Source: Macrostomum lignano (taxonomy: Eukaryota). From it: a stretch of DNA of 21,686 bases. The stretch spans positions 1-21,686 of the forward strand of contig NIVC01005202.1 in the NCBI GenBank assembly GCA_002269645.1. The letters run 5' to 3'. The notes beneath the pieces are model-generated. The model was not told the DNA's origin, did no database searches, and saw only the letters and a program-made list of their open reading frames with translations. This document shows, piece after piece, positions 13,401 to 21,654 of the stretch (position 1 is its first letter; each line of letters starts with the position of its first letter). The translations under genes and the position numbers were made by a program.

Positions 13401-16400
13401 CGCCCCCAAACCTCAGTAAGAATCGCCCCAAACCTCAGTAAGAATCGCCCCAAACCTCAGTAAGAATCGCCCCAAACCTCAGTAAGAATCGCCCCAAACC
13501 TCAGTAAGAATCGCCCCCAAACCTCAGTAAGAATCGCCCCCAAACCTCAGTAAGAATCGCCCCAAACCTCAGTAAGAATCGCCCCAAACCTCAGTAAGAA
13601 TCGCCCCCAAACCTCAGTAAGAATCGCCCCCAAACCTCAGTAAGAATCGCCCCAAACCTCAGTAAGAATCGCCCCAAACCTCAGTAAGAATCGCCCCCAA
13701 ACCTCAGTAAGAATCGCCCCAAACCTCAGTAAGAATCGCCCCAAACCTCAGTAAGAATCGCCCCAAACCTCAGTAAGAATCGCCCCAAACCTCAGTAAGA
13801 ATCGCCCCAAACCTCAGTAAGAATCGCCCCAAACCTCAGTAAGAATCGCCCCAAACCTCAGTAAGAATCGCCCCAAACCTCAGTAAGAATCGCCCCAAAC
13901 CTCAGTAAGAATCGCCCCCAAACCTCAGTAAGAATCGCCCCCAAACCTCAGTAAGAATCGCCCCAAACCTCAGTAAGAATCGCCCCAAACCTCAGTAAGA
14001 ATCGCCCCCAAACCTCAGTAAGAATCGCCCCAAACCTCAGTAAGAATCGCCCCAAACCTCAGTAAGAATCGCCCCAAACCTCAGTAAGAATCGCCCCCAA
14101 ACCTCAGTAAGAATCGCCCCCAAACCTCAGTAAGAATCGCCCCAAACCTCAGTAAGAATCGCCCCAAACCTCAGTAAGAATCGCCCCAAACCTCAGTAAG
14201 AATCGCCCCAAACCTCAGTAAGAATCGCCCCAAACCTCAGTAAGAATCGCCCCCAAACCTCAGTAAGAATCGCCCCAAACCTCAGTAAGAATCGCCCCAA
14301 ACCTCAGTAAGAATCGCCCCCAAACCTCAGTAAGAATCGCCCCCAAACCTCAGTAAGAATCGCCCCAAACCTCAGTAAGAATCGCCCCAAACCTCAGTAA
14401 GAATCGCCCCAAACCTCAGTAAGAATCGCCCCAAACCTCAGTAAGAATCGCCCCAAACCTCAGTAAGAATCGCCCCAAACCTCAGTAAGAATCGCCCCCA
14501 AACCTCAGTAAGAATCGCCCCAAACCTCAGTAAGAATCGCCCCCAAACCTCAGTAAGAATCTCCCCCAAACCTCAGTAAGAATCGCCCCAAACCTCAGTA
14601 AGAATCGCCCCCAAACCTCAGTAAGAATCGCCCCCAAACCTCAGTAAGAATCGCCCAAACCTCAGTAAGAATCGCCCCCAAACCTCAGTAAGAATCGCCC
14701 CCAAACCTCAGTAAGAATCGCCCCCAAACCTCAGTTAGAATCGCCCCAAACCTCAGTTAGAATCGCCCCAAACCTCAGTAAGAATCGCCCCAAACCTCAG
14801 TAAGAATCGCCCCCAAACCTCAGTAAGAATCGCCCCCAAACCTCAGTAAGAATCGCCCCCAAACCTCAGTAAGAATCGCCCCAAACCTCAGTAAGAATCG
14901 CCCCCAAACCTCAGTAAGAATCGCCCCAAACCTCAGTAAGAATCGCCCCCAAACCTCAGTAAGAATCGCCCCAAACCTCAGTAAGAATCGCCCCAAACCT
15001 CAGTAAGAATCGCCCCCAAACCTCAGTAAGAATCGCCCCAAACCTCAGTAAGAATCGCCCCAAACCTCAGTAAGAATCGCCCCAAACCTCAGTAAGAATC
15101 GCCCCAAACCTCAGTAAGAATCGCCCCAAACCTCAGTAAGAATCGCCCCCAAACCTCAGTAAGAATCGCCCCAAACCTCAGTAAGAATCGCCCCAAACCT
15201 CAGTAAGAATCGCCCCAAACCTCAGTAAGAATCGCCCCCAAACCTCAGTAAGAATCGCCCCAAACCTCAGTAAGAATCGCCCCAAACCTCAGTAAGAATC
15301 GCCCCAAACCTCAGTAAGAATCGCCCCCAAACCTCAGTAAGAATCGCCCCAAACCTCAGTAAGAATCGCCCCCAAACCTCAGTAAGAATCGCCCCAAACC
15401 TCAGTAAGAATCGCCCCAAACCTCAGTAAGAATCGCCCCCAAACCTCAGTAAGAATCGCCCCAAACCTCAGTAAGAATCGCCCCCAAACCTCAGTAAGAA
15501 TCGCCCCAAACCTCAGTAAGAATCGCCCCAAACCTCAGTAAGAATCGCCCCAAACCTCAGTAAGAATCGCCCCCAAACCTCAGTAAGAATCGCCCCAAAC
15601 CTCAGTAAGAATCGCCCCAAACCTCAGTAAGAATCGCCCCAAACCTCAGTAAGAATCGCCCCCAAACCTCAGTAAGAATCGCCCCCAAACCTCAGTAAGA
15701 ATCGCCCCAAACCTCAGTAAGAATCGCCCCAAACCTCAGTAAGAATCGCCCCAAACCTCAGTAAGAATCGCCCCAAACCTCAGTAAGAATCGCCCCCAAA
15801 CCTCAGTAAGAATCGCCCCCAAACCTCAGTAAGAATCGCCCCAAACCTCAGTAAGAATCGCCCCCAAACCTCAGTAAGAATCGCCCCAAACCTCAGTAAG
15901 AATCGCCCCAAACCTCAGTAAGAATCGCCCCAAACCTCAGTAAGAATCGCCCCAAACCTCAGTAAGAATCGCCCCCAAACCTCAGTAAGAATCGCCCCCA
16001 AACCTCAGTAAGAATCGCCCCCAAACCTCAGTAAGAATCGCCCCAAACCTCAGTAAGAATCGCCCCAAACCTCAGTAAGAATCGCCCCAAACCTCAGTAA
16101 GAATCGCCCCCAAACCTCAGTAAGAATCGCCCCAAACCTCAGTAAGAATCGCCCCCAAACCTCAGTAAGAATCGCCCCCAAACCTCAGTAAGAATCGCCC
16201 CAAACCTCAGTAAGAATCGCCCCAAACCTCAGTAAGAATCGCCCCAAACCTCAGTAAGAATCGCCCCAAACCTCAGTAAGAATCGCCCCCAAACCTCAGT
16301 AAGAATCGCCCCAAACCTCAGTAAGAATCGCCCCCAAACCTCAGTAAGAATCGCCCCAAACCTCAGTAAGAATCGCCCCCAAACCTCAGTAAGAATCGCC

Positions 16401-18230
16401 CCAAACCTCAGTAAGAATCGCCCCCAAACCTCAGTAAGAATCGCCCCAAACCTCAGTAAGAATCGCCCCCAAACCTCAGTAAGAATCGCCCCCAAACCTC
16501 AGTAAGAATCGCCCCAAACCTCAGTAAGAATCGCCCCCAAACCTCAGTAAGAATCGCCCCCAAACCTCAGTAAGAATCGCCCCAAACCTCAGTAAGAATC
16601 GCCCCCAAACCTCAGTAAGAATCGCCCCCAAACCTCAGTAAGAATCGCCCCAAACCTCAGTAAGAATCGCCCCCAAACCTCAGTAAGAATCGCCCCAAAC
16701 CTCAGTAAGAATCGCCCCAAACCTCAGTAAGAATCGCCCCAAACCTCAGTAAGAATCGCCCCAAACCTCAGTAAGAATCGCCCCAAACCTCAGTAAGAAT
16801 CGCCCCAAACCTCAGTAAGAATCGCCCCCAAACCTCAGTAAGAATCGCCCCCAAACCTCAGTAAGAATCGCCCCCAAACCTCAGTAAGAATCGCCCCAAA
16901 CCTCAGTAAGAATCGCCCCCAAACCTCAGTAAGAATCGCCCCAAACCTCAGTAAGAATCGCCCCAAACCTCAGTAAGAATCGCCCCCAAACCTCAGTAAG
17001 AATCGCCCCCAAACCTCAGTAAGAATCGCCCCAAACCTCAGTAAGAATCGCCCCAAACCTCAGTAAGAATCGCCCCCAAACCTCAGTAAGAATCGCCCCC
17101 AAACCTCAGTAAGAATCGCCCCCAAACCTCAGTAAGAATCGCCCCAAACCTCAGTAAGAATCGCCCCAAACCTCAGTAAGAATCGCCCCCAAACCTCAGT
17201 AAGAATCGCCCCAAACCTCAGTAAGAATCGCCCCCAAACCTCAGTAAGAATCGCCCCAAACCTCAGTAAGAATCGCCCCAAACCTCAGTAAGAATCGCCC
17301 CAAACCTCAGTAAGAATCGCCCCAAACCTCAGTAAGAATCGCCCCAAACCTCAGTAAGAATCGCCCCCAAACCTCAGTAAGAATCGCCCCAAACCTCAGT
17401 AAGAATCGCCCCCAAACCTCAGTAAGAATCGCCCCCAAACCTCAGTAAGAATCGCCCCCAAACCTCAGTAAGAATCGCCCCAAACCTCAGTAAGAATCGC
17501 CCCAAACCTCAGTAAGAATCGCCCCCAAACCTCAGTAAGAATCGCCCCAAACCTCAGTAAGAATCGCCCCAAACCTCAGTAAGAATCGCCCCCAAACCTC
17601 AGTAAGAATCGCCCCCAAACCTCAGTAAGAATCGCCCCAAACCTCAGTAAGAATCGCCCCCAAACCTCAGTAAGAATCGCCCCCAAACCTCAGTAAGAAT
17701 CGCCCCAAACCTCAGTAAGAATCGCCCCCAAACCTCAGTAAGAATCGCCCCCAAACCTCAGTAAGAATCGCCCCAAACCTCAGTAAGAATCGCCCCAAAC
17801 CTCAGTAAGAATCGCCCCAAACCTCAGTAAGAATCGCCCCAAACCTCAGTAAGAATCGCCCCCAAACCTCAGTAAGAATCGCCCCCAAACCTCAGTAAGA
17901 ATCGCCCCAAACCTCAGTAAGAATCGCCCCAAACCTCAGTAAGAATCGCCCCAAACCTCAGTAAGAATCGCCCCAAACCTCAGTAAGAATCGCCCCAAAC
18001 CTCAGTAAGAATCGCCCCAAACCTCAGTAAGAATCGCCCCAAACCTCAGTAAGAATCGCCCCAAACCTCAGTAAGAATCGCCCCAAACCTCAGTAAGAAT
18101 CGCCCCAAACCTCAGTAAGAATCGCCCCAAACCTCAGTAAGAATCGCCCCAAACCTCAGTAAGAATCGCCCCAAACCTCAGTAAGAATCGCCCCAAACCT
18201 CAGTAAGAATCGCCCCCAAACCTCAGTAAG
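1421..18230 (-). repeat. Homogeneous core of the array; almost the only variation is C4 versus C5
   Basis: By eye, the only departures from C4/C5 in this interval are C3 units at about 9178, 11989 and 14654, G>T at 14562, and A>T at 14736 and 14758. A few single variants could have been missed without computation. Confidence 0.88.
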
Positions 18231-18901
18231 AATCCCCCAAACCTCAGTAAGAATCGCCCCAAACCTCAGTAAGAATCGCCCCAAACCTCAGTAAGAATCG
18301 CCCCCAAACCTCAGTAAGAATCGCCCCAAACCTCAGTAGAATCGCCCCAAACCTCAGTAAGAATCGCCCCAAACCTCAGTAAGAATCGCCCAAACCTCAG
18401 TAAGAATCGCCCCAAACCTCAGTAAGAATCGCCCCAAACCTCAGTAAGAATCCCCAAACCTCAGTAAGAATCGCCCCAAACCTCAGTAAGAATCGCCCCA
18501 AACCTCAGTAAGAATCGCCCCAAACCTCAGTAAGAATCGCCCCAAACCTCAGTAAGAATCGCCCCAAACCTCAGTAAGAATCGCCCCAAACCTCAGTAAG
18601 AATCGCCCCAAACCTCAGTAAGAATCTCCCCAAACCTCAGTAAGAATCGCCCCAAACCTCAGTAAGAATCGCCCCCAAACCTCAGTAAGAATCGCCCCAA
18701 ACCTCAGTAAGAATCGCCCCAAACCTCAGTAAGAATCGCCCCAAACCTCAGTAAGAATCGCCCCAAACCTCAGTAAGAATCGCCCCCAAACCTCAGTAAG
18801 AATCGCCCCAAACCTCAGTAAGAATCGCCCCAAACCTCAGTAAGAATCGCCCCAAACCTCAGTAAGAATCGCCCCCAAACCTCAGTAAGAATCGCCCCAA
18901 A

Positions 18902-19066
18902 CCTCAGTAAGAAGCGCCCCCAAACCTCAGCAAGAATCGCCCCCAAACATCAGTAAGAATCGCCCCAAACCTCAGTTAGAATCGCCCCAAGCCTCAGTAA
19001 GAAGCGCCCCCAAACCTCAGCAAGAATCGCCCCCAAACATCAGTAAGAATCGCCCCAAACCTCAGT
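18902..19066. repeat. 90-bp (four-monomer) higher-order duplication marked by shared variants
   Basis: 18902-18976 is identical to 18992-19066. Three rare variants recur at lag 90: GAAGCG (18914/19004), AGCAAG (18931/19021) and AAACATC (18949/19039). Confidence 0.92.
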
Positions 19067-19853
19067 AAGAATCCCCCAAACCTCAGTAAGAATCGCCCCA
19101 AACCTCAGTAAGAATCGCCCCCAAACCTCAGTAAGAATCGCCCCAAACCTCAGTAAGAATCGCCCCAAACCTCAGTAAGAATCGCCCCAAACCTCAGTAA
19201 GAATCGCCCCAAACCTCAGTAAGAATCGCCCCCAAACCTCAGTAAGAATCGCCCCAAACCTCAGTAAGAATCGCCCCCAAACCTCAGTAAGAATCGCCCC
19301 CAAACCTCAGTAAGAATCGCCCCAAACCTCAGTTAGAATCGCCCCAAACCTCAGTAAGAATCGCCCCCAAACCTCAGCAAGAATCGCCCCCAAACCTCAG
19401 TAAGAATCGCCCCAAACCTCAGTAAGAATCGCCCCAAACCTCAGTAAGAATCGCCCCCAAACCTCAGTAAGAATCGCCCCAAACCTCAGTAAGAATCGCC
19501 CCCAAACCTCAGTAAGAATCGCCCCAAACCTCAGTAAGAATCGCCCCCAAACCTCAGTAAGAATCGCCCCCAAACCTCAGTAAGAATCGCCCCCAAACCT
19601 CAGTAAGAATCGCCCCCAAACCTCAGTAAGAATCGCCCCAAACCTCAGTAAGAATCGCCCCAAACCTCAGTAAGAATCGCCCCCAAACCTCAGTAAGAAT
19701 CGCCCCTAAACCTCAGTAAGAATCGCCCCAAACCTCAGTAAGAATCGCCCAACCTCAGTAAGAATCGCCCCAAACCTCAGTAAGAATCGCCCCCAAACCT
19801 CAGAAGAATCGCCCCAAACCTCAGTAAGAATCGCCCAACCTCAGCAAGAATCG

Positions 19854-19962
19854 CCCTAATCCTCAGCAAGAATCGCCCTAATCCTCAGCAAGAATCGCCC
19901 TAATCCTCAGCAAGAATCGCCCTAATCCTCAGCAAGAATCGCCCTAATCCTCAGCAAGAATC
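19854..19962 (-). repeat. Block of five copies of variant unit B, CCCTAATCCTCAGCAAGAATCG (G strand CGATTCTTGCTGAGGATTAGGG)
   Basis: Copies start at 19854, 19876, 19898, 19920 and 19942; the fifth lacks its final G. Unit B differs from the 22-bp main unit by three linked substitutions. Confidence 0.95.
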
Positions 19963-21019
19963 CCCTAACCTCAGCAAGAATCGCCCTAACCTCAGCAAGA
20001 ATCGCCCAAACCTCAGTAAGAATCGCCCTAACCTCAGTAAGAATCGCCCCAAACCTCAGTAAGAATCGCCCAAACCTCAGTAAGAATCGCCCTAACCTCA
20101 GTAAGAATCGCCCTAACCTCAGTAAGAATCGCCCAAACCTCAGTAAGAATCGCCCAACCTCAGTAAGAATCGCCCCCAAACCTCAGTAAGAATCCCCAAA
20201 CCTCAGCAAGAATCGCCCTAATCCTCAGTAAGAATCGCCCCAAAACCTCAGTAAGAATCGCCCCTAAACCTCAATAAGAATCGCCCCCCCAAACCTCAGT
20301 AAGAATCGCCCCCAAACCTCAGTAAGAATCGCCCCAAAACCTCAGTAAGAATCGCCCCAAACCTCAGTAAGAATCGCCCCAAACCTCAGTAAGAATCGCC
20401 CCAAGCCTCAGTAAGAAGCGCCCCCAAACCTCAGCAAGAATCGCCCCAAACCTCAGTAAGAATCGCCCCAAACCTCAGTAGAATCGCCCCAAACCTCAGT
20501 AAGAATCGCCCCAAACCTCAGTAAGAATCGCCCCAAACCTCAGTAAGAATCGCCCCAAACCTCAGTTAAGAATCGCCCCAAACCTCAGTAAGAATCCCCC
20601 AAACCTCAGTAAGAATCGCCCCAAACCTCAGTAAGAATCGCCCCCAAACCTCAGTAAGAATCGCCCAAACCTCAGTAAGAATCTCCCCAAACCTCAGTAA
20701 GAATCGCCCCAAACCTCAGTAAGAATCGCCCAAACCTCAGTAAGAATCGCCCCCAAACCTCAGTAAGAATCGCCCCCAAACCTCAGTAAGAATCGCCCCA
20801 AACCTCAGTAAGAATCGCCCCCAAACCTCAGTAAGAATCGCCCCCAAACCTCAGTAAGAATCGCCCCCAAACCTCAGTAAGAATCGCCCCAAACCTCAGT
20901 AAGAATCGCCCAAACCTCAGTAAGAATCGCCCCAAACCTCAGTAAGAATCGCCCCAAACCTCAGTAAGAATCGCCCCCAAACCTCAGTAAGAATCGCCCC
21001 TAAACCTCAGTAAGAATCG

Positions 21020-21120
21020 CCCAATCCTCAGCAAGAATCGCCCAAATCCTCAGCAAGAATCGCCCTAATCCTCAGCAAGAATCGCCCTAATCCTCATCAA
21101 GAATCGCCCCTAATCCTCAG
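21020..21120 (-). repeat. Second, more decayed block of variant unit B
   Basis: About five units carry AATCCTCA, most also with GCAAG and/or CCCTAA (for example CCCTAATCCTCAGCAAGAATCG at 21063-21084). Confidence 0.88.
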
Positions 21121-21482
21121 AAGAATCGCCCAAACCTCAGAAGAATCGCCCCATAACCTCAGTAAGAATCGCCCCCAAACCTCAGTAAGAATCCCCAAAC
21201 AGCAAGAATCGCCCCTAACCTCAGTAAGAATCGCCCCCAAACCTCAGTAAGAATCGCCCAAACCTCAGCAAGAATCGCCCTAACCTCAGCAAGAATCCCC
21301 CAAATCCTCAGTAAGAATCTCCCAAGCCTCAGTAAGAATCGCCCCAAACCTCAGTAAGAATCGCCCCAAACCCAGCAAGAATCGCCCCAAACCTCAGTAA
21401 GAATCGCCCCAAACCCAGCAAGAATCGCCCCAAAACCTCGATATTAATCATGCTAGAGAAATGAGCAAGCAGAAAAATAAAA

Positions 21483-21523
21483 GTGCAGATCAGTCAGACT
21501 GACTGAGAAAACTAAGTCTGCAC
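21483..21523. repeat. Nested inverted repeats: GTGCAGA/TCTGCAC enclosing the palindrome TCAGTCAG-A-CTGACTGA
   Basis: The outer arms are 21483-21489 and 21517-21523 (7 bp, perfect). The inner arms are 21490-21497 and 21499-21506 (8 bp, perfect, 1-nt spacer). Function unknown. Confidence 0.8.
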
Positions 21524-21611
21524 AACAGTGACTAGGTCAGATTAAATAGCTTCGCGAGTCACTAGGGTGTAAAGTACAGTAGTTAACCTTAAATTGGAAA
21601 CTGAACCGTAA

Positions 21612-21654
21612 AGTAGACAAAAAAGTAGATAGGCGAGTAGATGATATAGTAGAT
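21612..21654 (+). repeat. Four AGTAGA(T) motifs at an exact 12-bp period
   Basis: AGTAGA starts at 21612, 21624, 21636 and 21648; the last three are AGTAGAT. The intervening bases differ between copies. Out-of-phase GTAGA (21657) and GTAGG (21666) follow. Confidence 0.8.

Larger units (their letters stand above)
1..21439 (-). repeat. Tandem array of a 22/23-bp unit (G-rich strand GGGG(G)CGATTCTTACTGAGGTTT), about 950 copies, one orientation throughout
   Basis: The unit AAACCTCAGTAAGAATCGCCCC (22 bp) or with a fifth C (23 bp) can be read continuously from base 1 to the last partial unit AAAACCTC at 21432-21439. I saw no inversion or foreign insertion. Copy number is estimated as 21439/22.5. 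The 22-mer is A8 C8 G3 T3 on the + strand, a strong strand skew at 50% GC. Confidence 0.99.
1..21439 (-). other. Probable telomere (left chromosome end) with a long non-canonical repeat
   Basis: Seen: the C-rich strand is on +, so the G/T-rich strand points 5'->3' toward coordinate 1. The array is homogeneous distally and degenerate proximally, and some proximal variants contain CCCTAA/TTAGGG. Established: this polarity and proximal degeneration are typical of telomerase-maintained ends, and units of about 8-26 bp occur in budding yeasts. Inference: that base 1 lies near a real chromosome end. Confidence 0.72.
18231..21439 (-). repeat. Degenerate junction-proximal zone of variant repeats
   Basis: Substitutions and indels become frequent and increase toward 21439. 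Examples: AATCCCC(C) lacking G (about 18234, 18451, 19072, 20194, 20595, 21192), GAAGCG, AGCAAG, AAGCC, AAACATC, CCCTAA, AAAA, a C7 run at 20284-20290, and AAACCCAGCAAG. Confidence 0.93.

Noticed and set aside
16263-16490. Strict C4/C5 alternation over 10 units as a 45-bp higher-order repeat
   Set aside because: In about 950 roughly even binary units, the longest alternating run expected by chance is about log2(950), or roughly 10.
402-21347. The six minus-strand ORFs (RFLLRFGAILTEVWG-type repeats) as genes
   Set aside because: The repeat has no ATG, so the listed Met must come from alternative starts such as TTG in GGTTTGGGG. Frames stay open only where C4 and C5 alternate (22+23=45 bp=15 codons) or where 21-bp variants occur. 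The peptides are direct translations of the repeat, with no independent sign of expression.
1-21439. CRISPR array
   Set aside because: The units are directly adjacent with no unique spacers, the repeat is not palindromic, and no cas genes or leader are visible.
1-21439. Canonical G-quadruplex array on the minus strand
   Set aside because: The G4-5 tracts are 18 nt apart, well beyond the usual 1-7 nt loops. Long-loop or two-tier structures using the internal GG are possible but cannot be supported from sequence alone.
1-21439. Telomere fusion or inverted-repeat junction
   Set aside because: No switch of strand orientation was seen anywhere in the array.
1-21439. Whole array as a sequencing or assembly artefact
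   Set aside because: The structured proximal variants, linked haplotypes and defined junction argue for a real array. The exact length and individual C4/C5 calls remain unverified without reads.
21440-21458. Short palindromes at the junction (ATTAAT, CATG, CTAG)
   Set aside because: Palindromes of 4-6 bp are common in AT-rich DNA and carry no evidential weight alone.
21476-21481. AATAAA as a polyadenylation signal
   Set aside because: It is a single hexamer inside an A-rich run (GAAAAATAAAAG), expected by chance, with no supporting transcript context.
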